Shown here in pieces: positions 55,715 through 64,000 of a DNA stretch of 64,000 bases (the stretch's first letter is position 1; every line of letters starts with the position of its first letter). The notes under the pieces are model-generated. The model was not told the DNA's origin. It saw only the letters and a list, made by a program, of their open reading frames with translations, and did not search any database. The DNA is from Bacteroidetes bacterium RIFCSPLOWO2_12_FULL_35_15 (GTDB lineage: Bacteria > Bacteroidota > Bacteroidia > 2-12-FULL-35-15). The stretch spans positions 24,182-88,181 of the forward strand of contig MEPB01000006.1 of NCBI GenBank assembly GCA_001769385.1, read 5' to 3'. Position numbers and translations under genes: made by a program.

Positions 55715-56947
55715 ATGAAAAATAGAAATCAAATTACCGTATTATCTTTAGAACAAGCATTGGCTTTGCCTTTCGCTACCGAACGAATGGTGCAGCAAGG
55801 TTGGCGGGTAATTCGTATTGAGACTCCTTCCGAAGATGGTGGTGGAAATGCTGGTGATCCGAATCGTTATATAGGTTCTGATCTGGGTTATCATGATCTT
55901 CATTCCTATTACATTGCTCCGAATATAGGCAAAGAAGCAATTACGATAAATCTGAAAAAGAAAGAAGGACAAGATCTTCTTCTGAAAATAATTAAAGAAT
56001 TGAATGTGGATGTGTTTATGTGTAACACCTTACCAAAACGTTACAAACAACTTGGAATAGATTTTAATACACTTTCACAAGCTAATCCAAAATTAATTTG
56101 GTGTGGTATTTCTGCCATGGGGCCTGATTATCCGGAGCGCGCTGGTTACGATCCTGCATTGCAGGCATTGATGGGTTATACGTTTATGACGGGGGAACCG
56201 GATGGAAAACCTGTTCCTTGCGGAATCCCTATCATCGATCTGAAAGCAGGTGATGAAGCATTTACCCAAGTGATCTTGGCGATGCTGGAACAAAAAAACT
56301 CTCCTGTGGGAAGGGTTGGGGTGGGGGCAGGAAAAGAAATTCATATTTCCATGGCGCAATGTGCTGCCAGTTGGCTCATTACCGCTTTACCTCAATTGGC
56401 ATTTGTAAAAAACGAAAGCGAACTTTTTACGCGTAGTGGAAACGAACATCGCAGTTTTATTCCTTGCAATGCTTATCCGACAACAGATGGGTTTGTATAT
56501 CTCGCTATCGGGAATGATTTGCAATGGAACAAATTCACTTCACTAAAAGGATTCGAGAAATTGTTTTCTGAGAGTAGAAAAACAAATGAAGGCCGCATGA
56601 AGGATAAAGAGAATATTTATCATGAGATCGGTGAGATAACAAAGAATTATACAACAAAAGAATTTTCAGATCTGTGTTTGTCGATTAATTTATCTGTTGC
56701 TCCTGTTAACTCTATCAAAGAAGTGGCGGCATTAGAGTTTGTGAATAAGAACATGCTGAAAACGAGTCTTCCAGATGGAAGAGAAGCAAAACTTTCACCC
56801 GCATCATACAATACTGAATATTTAGAAAAAAATAATTTTTTATTAAAGTGTTCACCACGATTGGGAGAACAAAATGAGATCGTTTATAAAGAAATTGGAT
56901 ATAGTGAAAGTGAAATTAAGCAGCTTGAAGAGGAAAGAATCATTTAA
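55715..56947 (+). CDS. Family III CoA-transferase (CaiB/BaiF-like).
   Basis: 410 aa, CaiB-like fold. Confidence 0.75.
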   Translation: MKNRNQITVLSLEQALALPFATERMVQQGWRVIRIETPSEDGGGNAGDPNRYIGSDLGYHDLHSYYIAPNIGKEAITINLKKKEGQDLLLKIIKELNVDVFMCNTLPKRYKQLGIDFNTLSQANPKLIWCGISAMGPDYPERAGYDPALQALMGYTFMTGEPDGKPVPCGIPIIDLKAGDEAFTQVILAMLEQKNSPVGRVGVGAGKEIHISMAQCAASWLITALPQLAFVKNESELFTRSGNEHRSFIPCNAYPTTDGFVYLAIGNDLQWNKFTSLKGFEKLFSESRKTNEGRMKDKENIYHEIGEITKNYTTKEFSDLCLSINLSVAPVNSIKEVAALEFVNKNMLKTSLPDGREAKLSPASYNTEYLEKNNFLLKCSPRLGEQNEIVYKEIGYSESEIKQLEEERII

Positions 56948-57052
56948 TAAAATTTGATATGTAAACCCCTGTCAGGGTTTCAAACCCTGACAGGGGTATT
57001 ATTGCTTGGTTTAAGATGTATGTGATAATCAACAATTCTAATTTCCCAATAA

Positions 57053-60000
57053 ATGCAAAAACAGACCATTGACATATTAACTTCTTTCAGTAAAGCACAA
57101 AAACGTTGTGTTATGGGAAATGTTGCTGTTGCTCGTGGAGCGATTGAAGCAGGAGTGAATGGTGTATTCTCCTATCCGGGAACACCTTCCACAGAAATTT
57201 CAGAAGTATTTAATTTTGTCAATGATTTTCAAAGTAAAAAAGATTTTCAAAAAAAATATCCTAAACAAACCGAACATAAAATTTATTTTGAATACAGCAT
57301 CAATGAAAAAATTGCATTAGAAAAAGCAATTGCTTATTCCATAGGAAATAAAAGTGCCATGTGTGTGATGAAAAATGTGGGGATGAATGTGGCCTCGGAT
57401 GCTTTGATGAGCGTTACCTATCAAACAATTATTGCTCCTTTGGTTATTGTTCTTTGCGATGATCCGGGCTGTTTTTCTAGTTCAAACGAACAGGATTCTC
57501 GCTATTGGGGAAAATTTGCTTCTGTCCCAATGTTTAATCCGGCATCTCCGGAAGATGCATTATTAATGACAAAAACAGCTTTCTCGCTTTCTGCTCAATT
57601 ACGATTACCGGTTATTGTTCGTATGACTACTCGTGTAGATCATTCTCGCGGAGTGATTTCGTATGGTAATTTTGATCCGAAAGAAACAATTGCTCATTTT
57701 GATAGATTACCTCAACATATTAATATTCCTGCACGTACAGCAACCGCTCATAAAACATTACTAGATAAACTAGATTCGGAACTTTTTGTTATACTGAATA
57801 AAAAGTTCAATACTGTTTTTCCATCTGTTAAAACCGGGAAGGAGCAAATGGGAATTATTGCGAGTGGTGTTTCTTTGGTGTATGCTCAGGAATTGTTATC
57901 AAGAAACAGCGAAACAAAAAATATTTCTGTTCTAAAAGTTGGTGTGATTCATCCTTTCCCTGAAAAAGATATTTTAACGTTTTTAAAGAAAGGAATTAAA
58001 AGAGTTTTAATTCTTGAAGAACTGGATCCACTCCTTGAAAATGATGTTCGAGTGATCATTCAAAAAAATAAAATTGATTGCGAAGTTATTGGGAAAGGAT
58101 ATTCAGGATTAAATGTTACGGGTGAATATACGTTGGATATTATTAGAAATGTTCTTGAAAAATTTACATCTTATTCTTTATGCAAAAAAGAAAATCAACC
58201 ATTACCTGATGTCGATAAACTCCTTGCCAGTTTACCGCCTCGTCCGCCAACACTTTGTGCAGGATGTCCTCATCGGGCAACATTCTATGCACTTAAATTA
58301 GCTGTCCCTCGGGAGAATGGAAATATTATTTTGTGTGGAGACATCGGCTGTTCAGGATTGGGAGCATTACCTCCAATTCAAATGATCGATACGATCAACC
58401 ACATGGGAATGAGTGTATCGATGGCACAAGGACTTTCGGAGGCAATGCATTTGAAACCAGAACAAGGGAAAGTTATAGCGATGCTGGGTGATGGAACATT
58501 TTTTCATTCCGGTGTGGCATCTTTGATCAATGCAATTTATACACGTGCAAATATTACGGTTATTATTTTTGATAACAGAACTATTGGAATGACGGGCCAT
58601 CAGGATCATCCCGGTGCCACTCAACATTCAAAATATCAACAGATTGATATTTATTCGTTGGTAAAAGGATTGGGAGTGGAATGTGTTGAAACCATGATGC
58701 CTTTTAATTTGAAGGATACTTATGAGAAAGTAAAAAATGCAATTAACCATATAGGGGTTTCTGTTTTAATTGCAAGGGCTCCTTGTATTTTCCTTCCTGA
58801 ATTTAAAGATGGGGCACTCGTTAGAAAGAGTTTGCATGTTGACCAAAGCAAATGCAATACCTGTTTTAATCATTGCGATGTAAGTATTTCATGTTCAAAA
58901 GAATATTCGGGGAAAGAAAGTCTTGATCGCGCAAGAGCAAAAGTTGTTGCAAAAGTACAGGTGTATGCCCAGGAACAATTATGCCCGGCAAACATTTGTA
59001 ATCACGGATTTTTTAATTCTATCCTAAGTAAAAATTATAAATCAGCTTTAGAAATTGTTAGGGATAAAATGTTGTTTGCCGCTGTATGTGGGGATGTTTG
59101 CCATAAACCGTGTGAATCGTTGTTCAGAACTGAGAATGGGAAATCTGTTCCGATAAAAAAATTAAAAAACTTTGTTAGCAACATTGAAGATAATTTCAAT
59201 GATTTTTCGAAACAAATTTCACGAGCAAAAGTTTCAAATAAGAAGAATAAAAAGATTGCTGTTATCGGTTCAGGTCCTGCAGGGTTAAGTTCCGCATATG
59301 ATCTTGTTCAGGCAGGATATGATGTAACTGTTTTTGAGAAGAACGCTTCCGCTGGGGGAATGATCCGTTTTGTTATTCCTGATTTCAGGATGAACAAAAA
59401 TAATATGGACAAGGAAATGAATGTGCTGAAGGAAATGGGTGTTCGTTTTAAATTTAATTCAATTCTTGGAAAAAATATTACGATAGAAAAACTTTCAAGC
59501 GATTACGATGCGGTTATTCTGGCAATAGGAATGTGGGATTCAGCGACATTAGAGATTGTTGAAAAAAATGTTTCTATTGGCAAAAAGTTTGACGCGATCA
59601 ATTTCTTACGTTCCTACAATGAAAAGAATCTTAAAATAAAATCAGGTTCAACAATATTTATTGTTGGTGGTGGAAATAGTGCCATGGATGCTGCAAGAGC
59701 TGCAAAAAAATTCAACAAAAAAAATAATGTAATAGTTTCTTGCATTGAAAAGACAGATTCAATGCCGGCATTTGTGCAGGAAGTAGAAGAAGCAAAAAGG
59801 GAAGGCATCCGCATTATTGATGGTTGTTTTGCAGATTTGATCGTTGAAAAAAAGAATAAAATATCGATCTCATTAAAATCGTTTGATAAGAAGAAATATC
59901 TTGAAACTATAAAAGCTGATTATATAATTACAGCAATTGGCCAACGTGGCGATGCATCTGCATTAAATGAAAAATTAAGCCTGGATACAAATTTCAGAGT

Positions 60001-60415
60001 TAAGTCTGCAAGCAAGTACAAAAATGTTTTTTTTGCTGGTGATATTGCTTCAGGTAATCATATTTCTTTGATTGGTGCTATTGGCAGTGGAAAGAAAGCT
60101 GCAGTGAATGCAAGAAAGTTATTGGAAGGATATAAGTTTGAATACGAAGGAGAGTTTGCTTTAGATAAGTTGTCGAATTCTGAGAATGGAAATAAAAATA
60201 TACTTAAGAAATTTGAAACCATAGATTTTGAAATTGAAAATGTTCATGACTTTAATTTATATCAACCTTGCGCCAAGTGTGATCATTGTATCGAAAATTT
60301 TGGTTGTCCGGCTATGGTAAAAGTGAATGGAAAAATAATAATTGATGATAAACGCTGTACCCGTTGTGGTTTGTGTATAGATGTTTGTCCGAATGGAGCT
60401 ATTGATTGGGTTTAA
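57053..60415 (+). CDS. iorA: Indolepyruvate/2-oxoacid:ferredoxin oxidoreductase alpha subunit fused to a GltD-like FAD/NAD(P)-binding domain and a C-terminal 4Fe-4S ferredoxin.
   Basis: IorA motifs (CAGCPHRATFYALK and a TPP-binding region) within residues ~1-650. Then KKIAVIGSGPAGLSSAYDL...VGGGNSAMDAARAA (glutamate synthase small-chain-like), ending in CTRCGLCIDVCPNGAI. Confidence 0.7.
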   Translation: MQKQTIDILTSFSKAQKRCVMGNVAVARGAIEAGVNGVFSYPGTPSTEISEVFNFVNDFQSKKDFQKKYPKQTEHKIYFEYSINEKIALEKAIAYSIGNKSAMCVMKNVGMNVASDALMSVTYQTIIAPLVIVLCDDPGCFSSSNEQDSRYWGKFASVPMFNPASPEDALLMTKTAFSLSAQLRLPVIVRMTTRVDHSRGVISYGNFDPKETIAHFDRLPQHINIPARTATAHKTLLDKLDSELFVILNKKFNTVFPSVKTGKEQMGIIASGVSLVYAQELLSRNSETKNISVLKVGVIHPFPEKDILTFLKKGIKRVLILEELDPLLENDVRVIIQKNKIDCEVIGKGYSGLNVTGEYTLDIIRNVLEKFTSYSLCKKENQPLPDVDKLLASLPPRPPTLCAGCPHRATFYALKLAVPRENGNIILCGDIGCSGLGALPPIQMIDTINHMGMSVSMAQGLSEAMHLKPEQGKVIAMLGDGTFFHSGVASLINAIYTRANITVIIFDNRTIGMTGHQDHPGATQHSKYQQIDIYSLVKGLGVECVETMMPFNLKDTYEKVKNAINHIGVSVLIARAPCIFLPEFKDGALVRKSLHVDQSKCNTCFNHCDVSISCSKEYSGKESLDRARAKVVAKVQVYAQEQLCPANICNHGFFNSILSKNYKSALEIVRDKMLFAAVCGDVCHKPCESLFRTENGKSVPIKKLKNFVSNIEDNFNDFSKQISRAKVSNKKNKKIAVIGSGPAGLSSAYDLVQAGYDVTVFEKNASAGGMIRFVIPDFRMNKNNMDKEMNVLKEMGVRFKFNSILGKNITIEKLSSDYDAVILAIGMWDSATLEIVEKNVSIGKKFDAINFLRSYNEKNLKIKSGSTIFIVGGGNSAMDAARAAKKFNKKNNVIVSCIEKTDSMPAFVQEVEEAKREGIRIIDGCFADLIVEKKNKISISLKSFDKKKYLETIKADYIITAIGQRGDASALNEKLSLDTNFRVKSASKYKNVFFAGDIASGNHISLIGAIGSGKKAAVNARKLLEGYKFEYEGEFALDKLSNSENGNKNILKKFETIDFEIENVHDFNLYQPCAKCDHCIENFGCPAMVKVNGKIIIDDKRCTRCGLCIDVCPNGAIDWV

Positions 60416-60459
60416 AATATGATTCGGTGAAATGAATAAAATTATTTATGTTTAGTAGG

Positions 60460-60545
60460 GCTTTGCGTTTTCTTTGCGATTTTTTTTCTTTGCGAACTTT
60501 GCGAGAAATAGGTCACGCAAAGAACACAAAGATTTTCGCAAAGTA
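60460..60545. repeat. CTTTGCG/CGCAAAG heptamer array forming a nested palindrome.
   Basis: gctttgcgttttctttgcgattttttttctttgcgaactttgcgagaaataggtcacgcaaagaacacaaagattttcgcaaag. Confidence 0.6.
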
Positions 60546-60595
60546 TTAAGAACGCATGAACTGGAATAAAGGTTTTAATATTTAGATAACAGTGG

Positions 60596-61189
60596 ATGAC
60601 AAAAAAAAGTAAAATTATTATTGCCGGTGTAGGAGGACAAGGAGTTGTTTTTCTTACCGAAATTCTTGTAGATGCAGCTATTCGTGCCGGAATAAATGCT
60701 GCAACAAGTGAAATTCACGGACTTTCACAACGTGGTGGTTCTGTAGTAGCAGGAGTGACATTCGGAGAAAATACATTTGGATTTGTTGAAAATGCTGCAG
60801 CGGATTTTTTACTTGGATTGGAATTGTTGGAAGCACAACGTGCATTAAATTATTTACATTGCAATAGCATTGCAATTGTTGACAATACAAAGATACTTCC
60901 TCATTCTGTAAATGCCAAAAAAGGAGTTTATCCTGATACTGAAAAGTTTATCAGTTATTTGAAAAAAAATATCAAAGGAACTATTTTTATTGAGGAAGAA
61001 TTTTTAGGTTTGACACCTGTGATGCGTAATTTAGTTGTCTTGGGAAAAGCGGCATCAGTAAAAAGTTTTCCGGTAAAATCGAAATTTATTGAAGAAGCAA
61101 TTAAAAATAATACCAGAGGTGATGCTGAAAAATCACTTAAGGTTTTTAGGGAAGCATTGAATAGTGTAAACAAAATTAAAGCAGTTTAA
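60596..61189 (+). CDS. iorB: Indolepyruvate oxidoreductase beta subunit (2-oxoacid:ferredoxin oxidoreductase gamma-type).
   Basis: 197 aa, N-terminal IIIAGVGGQGVVFLTEIL. Confidence 0.75.
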   Translation: MTKKSKIIIAGVGGQGVVFLTEILVDAAIRAGINAATSEIHGLSQRGGSVVAGVTFGENTFGFVENAAADFLLGLELLEAQRALNYLHCNSIAIVDNTKILPHSVNAKKGVYPDTEKFISYLKKNIKGTIFIEEEFLGLTPVMRNLVVLGKAASVKSFPVKSKFIEEAIKNNTRGDAEKSLKVFREALNSVNKIKAV

Positions 61190-61226
61190 AATAGGTCATA
61201 CAATATTACATTGTCATTAAGTGAAA

Positions 61227-61307
61227 AATATTCGACCCCGAAGGGGGCGCATGTTAATAGCAAAATAAGATATTTCTATAAATATTAGACCCCGAAGGGG
61301 TCGAATA
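61227..61307 (+). terminator. Pair of related GC-core hairpins (REP-like; probable terminator after iorB).
   Basis: aatattCGACCCCgaaGGGGGCG and aatattaGACCCCgaaGGGGTCgaata. The 5' half of the first is complementary to the 3' half of the second. Confidence 0.45.
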
Positions 61308-61347
61308 AAATATGTTTAAAAATAATATTTAATAATGTTTTTATAAA

Positions 61348-61854
61348 ATGAGTAAAAAGAAAAAATTAGTTGTTCAGAATGTGGAAGTAACTTTTATTTT
61401 GAATGGAAAAAAGGTTACAAAACAAATTCGCCCTTCTCTGTTATTGATTGATTTTATTCGGGACGAATTATCTCTGGCTGGTACTAAACCTGGCTGTTTA
61501 GAAGGTGAATGTGGTGCTTGTTCTGTATTGATTGATGGTGCAGCAGTAAATTCATGTATGTATCTGGCAATAAATATTCATGGTAAAAATCTAACGACTA
61601 TTGAAGGATTATCTGATGTTAATGGCTTGGATCCGGTTCAGGATTCTATGATAAAACATGGCGCTGTGCAGTGTGGATTCTGTTCTTCCGGTATGACAAT
61701 GAGCATTAAATCGATGCAGATCAAATATAAAAAAGATAAAAAGAAGCCATCAAAAGAGGAGATAAAAAAAGGTTTGGAAGGGAACTTATGCAGATGTACC
61801 GGATATGTGAAAATTATTGAAGCAGCAGAAGCAGTGATAAATAAGGTTAAATAG
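61348..61854 (+). CDS. (2Fe-2S)-binding small subunit of a xanthine dehydrogenase/CO dehydrogenase-family molybdoenzyme.
   Basis: GCLEGECGACSV, CGFCSSGM and LCRCTGY motifs. Confidence 0.85.
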   Translation: MSKKKKLVVQNVEVTFILNGKKVTKQIRPSLLLIDFIRDELSLAGTKPGCLEGECGACSVLIDGAAVNSCMYLAINIHGKNLTTIEGLSDVNGLDPVQDSMIKHGAVQCGFCSSGMTMSIKSMQIKYKKDKKKPSKEEIKKGLEGNLCRCTGYVKIIEAAEAVINKVK

Positions 61855-61898
61855 GATAAAATTTTCGATTCAAAATAAATAAATATTATTTTATTAAT

Positions 61899-64000
61899 AT
61901 GAGTAAAAAATTAAATGTAATTGGAACACCAATACCGAAGATAGATGCAGGTATTCGTATCACGGGAAAAGCGGTTTATGGTCAGGATGTAAAACTACCG
62001 GGAATGCTTCATGGTGCTATTCTTCGTGCTGAGTATCCATGCGCGGAATTTACAATTGATGTTTCTGCTGCAAGAAAATTGCCCGGAGTTATTGCTGTTA
62101 TTACAGCGGATGATATTGATTGCAATAACATTAGCTATAAAAAGGATCATCCGATATTAAAAAAAGGAGAAGTAAATTGTATTCGTGATGAAATAGCAGC
62201 TGTTGCCGCTGAAAGTAAAGAGATCGCTGAAAGAGCCATTAAACTTATCAAAGTAAAGTACAAAGAAAAGAAAGGGATTTATGATCCTTTCGATGCATTA
62301 AAGCCTAATGCTCCTCTTGTAAATAAATATTTGAAGGATAGTAAATTCGCGAAAAACATTTCTGATATTTTCTTCTACGAACATGGAAATCTGGAAGAAC
62401 AAAAAAAGAAAAGCGCTGTTATTATCAGCAAACGTTTCGTATTACCTCGCGTAACACATTGTTGTATGGCAACAAGCAACATCACCGCTGATTATTCCTC
62501 TGTCACCAAACGCTTAACATTATATAGTTCAACACAAGTTCCGTTTTTATATCAACGCGACATGGCACATGCTTTGAAAATGAATGCCTCCGATATTCGT
62601 GTTATTCAAGTGGTGATCGGTGGCGGATTTGGAAGTAAATTAGATATGTATCCTTTTGAACCAATTGCTGCTATTCTTTCTATAAAAACAGGAAAGCCTG
62701 TTCAGATAATTTTTGACCGTGAAGAGGAATTTATTGCTTCACCTACGAGGCAGAATATGGTGATTGACTTAATAGCAGGGGCTGATAAAAATGGGAAATT
62801 CACTTTTCGTGATGTTACTATTGTAAAAGATAATGGTGCATTCACTTCCTGGGGCGCAACCACTCCTTTTGTAATGATGCAGACTTTTTCATCACTCTAT
62901 CAAATGCCTGCTTGTCGGTTTGAATCAAAAGCCGTTTATACAAATAATATTTCAGCAGGTTCTTTCCGTGGTTATGGGAATCCACAAGCTGCTTTCGCTA
63001 TCGAAAGTTGTATTGATCTGATGGCCGATAAATTAGGAATGGATAAAGCAGAAATTCGTTTGCTTAATGCAAATTATGCAGGTGAAATAACAGGACAAGG
63101 AATGCACTACGACACTTGCGGACATATAGAAGCCTTGAAAACCGTTATTGAAAAATCGGATTTACGAAATACAAATAAAGAAACTTTACGAAATACTAAT
63201 AAATACGAATCTACGAATAAAGAAAAAGAAACAGTCAACACAGATTCGTATATTCGAAAAAATCCGTATTTCGTAGATAATGTAGATAGATATAAGCGGG
63301 GAGTGGGAATTGCTTCGATGATGCATGTTGGGGGTGGTGCTAAAATTTATCGATCAGATGGTTGCGGAACTACCTTAAAATTGGATGATTACGGACATCT
63401 GACTTTAATTACAGGCTCGAGCGAGATCGGTCAGGGCTCCGAAACTGTTTTGGCAATGATGGCTTCAGAGGAACTTACAATTCCAATGAATAAAATAAAA
63501 GTTATTAATACGGATACGGATGTAAAGCCTTGGGATGTTGGGGTGCATGCATCCCGTACCAGTTTTGTAGCAGGGAATTCGGTGTTAGGTGCTGTTAAAA
63601 AATTAAAAGAAAAATTAAATCAAAAAGCTGCTGTACTTTTAAAATGTACGATTGAGAATTTGATCTATGAAAATGAAGAAATAAAAAATAGTGACGGAAG
63701 TAATTCTGTTCGAATAGAAAAAGTGGTTCGTGAAATGCATTTTGGAGGACAAAATGAGCTGTGTACGGTAAACCATTTTTATGAACCAACAAGTGATTTT
63801 CAGGATAAACAGTTCAAAGGAAATGTTTCAGGTACTTATGCATTTGCTGCGCAGTCAGCTGAAGTGGAAGTGGATACCTATACCGGAAATATTAAGGTAT
63901 TAAATATTCATGTTGCACAAGATGTGGGTAAAGTATTGAATCCACTAAACATCATGGGACAAATTGAAGGAGGTGTTTTGACTGGAGTGGGTTATGGAAT
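61899..64000 (+). CDS. Molybdopterin-binding large subunit of a xanthine dehydrogenase/aldehyde oxidase-family enzyme (3' end beyond the window). It contains an in-frame TACGAAT-repeat insertion.
   Basis: The product begins MSKKLNVIGTPIPKIDAGIRITGKAVYGQDVKLPGMLHGAILRAEYP. Typical MoCo-enzyme segments: RGYGNPQA, GSSEIGQG and VHASRTSFVAG. There is no stop through 64000. Confidence 0.85.
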   Translation, partial: MSKKLNVIGTPIPKIDAGIRITGKAVYGQDVKLPGMLHGAILRAEYPCAEFTIDVSAARKLPGVIAVITADDIDCNNISYKKDHPILKKGEVNCIRDEIAAVAAESKEIAERAIKLIKVKYKEKKGIYDPFDALKPNAPLVNKYLKDSKFAKNISDIFFYEHGNLEEQKKKSAVIISKRFVLPRVTHCCMATSNITADYSSVTKRLTLYSSTQVPFLYQRDMAHALKMNASDIRVIQVVIGGGFGSKLDMYPFEPIAAILSIKTGKPVQIIFDREEEFIASPTRQNMVIDLIAGADKNGKFTFRDVTIVKDNGAFTSWGATTPFVMMQTFSSLYQMPACRFESKAVYTNNISAGSFRGYGNPQAAFAIESCIDLMADKLGMDKAEIRLLNANYAGEITGQGMHYDTCGHIEALKTVIEKSDLRNTNKETLRNTNKYESTNKEKETVNTDSYIRKNPYFVDNVDRYKRGVGIASMMHVGGGAKIYRSDGCGTTLKLDDYGHLTLITGSSEIGQGSETVLAMMASEELTIPMNKIKVINTDTDVKPWDVGVHASRTSFVAGNSVLGAVKKLKEKLNQKAAVLLKCTIENLIYENEEIKNSDGSNSVRIEKVVREMHFGGQNELCTVNHFYEPTSDFQDKQFKGNVSGTYAFAAQSAEVEVDTYTGNIKVLNIHVAQDVGKVLNPLNIMGQIEGGVLTGVGYG
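63162..63275 (+). repeat. Intragenic TACGAAT/ATTCGTA heptamer array, in frame.
   Basis: gatttacgaaatacaaataaagaaactttacgaaatactaataaatacgaatctacgaataaag...cagattcgtatattcgaaaaaatccgtatttcgtag. It translates in the gene frame as ...SDLRNTNKETLRNTNKYESTNKEKETVNTDSYIRKNPYFVDNV... Confidence 0.7.

Overview
Low-GC (~36-38%) Bacteroidota-like chromosomal segment with three parts. (1) 1 to ~33.8 kb is one large phage-derived region (prophage), almost entirely on the minus strand. Reading in the direction of transcription, it holds a replication/early module, a diversity-generating retroelement (DGR) cassette, a head-morphogenesis and packaging module, a tail/tail-fibre module, and a holin-like gene followed by a truncated terminal ORF. 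The replication/early module contains a primase-helicase, an ACP-like protein, a DUF4406-like protein and an HNH endonuclease, and sits next to a divergent XRE-type repressor with a palindromic operator. The DGR cassette (about 26.1-28.2 kb) has a DGR-type reverse transcriptase, a template-repeat (TR)-like repeat, and two small paralogous target genes whose 3' ends carry near-identical repeats. The head and packaging module has an S49 protease-scaffold fusion, a major capsid protein, a PLD-like nuclease, and TerS/TerL. The tail module has an 856-aa fibre and two tandem LamG-like paralogues. No integrase or tRNA is visible in the window. (2) 34.4-40.6 kb is a 2083-aa secreted repetitive protein with a type IX secretion (T9SS) C-terminal sorting domain. 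(3) 41-64 kb is a plus-strand acyl-CoA/heterocycle catabolic cluster. It encodes an isoaspartyl peptidase, a pentapeptide-repeat/K+-channel-like protein, hydantoinase A and B, a RidA-family protein, an acyl-CoA dehydrogenase, an HMG-CoA-synthase-like/DUF35 fusion with an SCP-x-type thiolase, a B12-dependent acyl-CoA mutase (small and large subunits), a CaiB-type CoA-transferase, an IorA fused to a GltD-like flavoprotein, IorB, and the small (2Fe-2S) and large (molybdopterin) subunits of a xanthine-dehydrogenase-family enzyme. Nearly every intergenic gap of this cluster is filled with arrays of a TACGAAT/ATTCGTA heptamer repeat. These include a 3x46-bp tandem triplication spanning a start codon and an in-frame copy inside the XDH large-subunit gene. 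The cluster also holds a frameshifted GxxExxY pseudogene and an intact GxxExxY gene. Protein names are based on motif recognition by eye only; no database searches were run.
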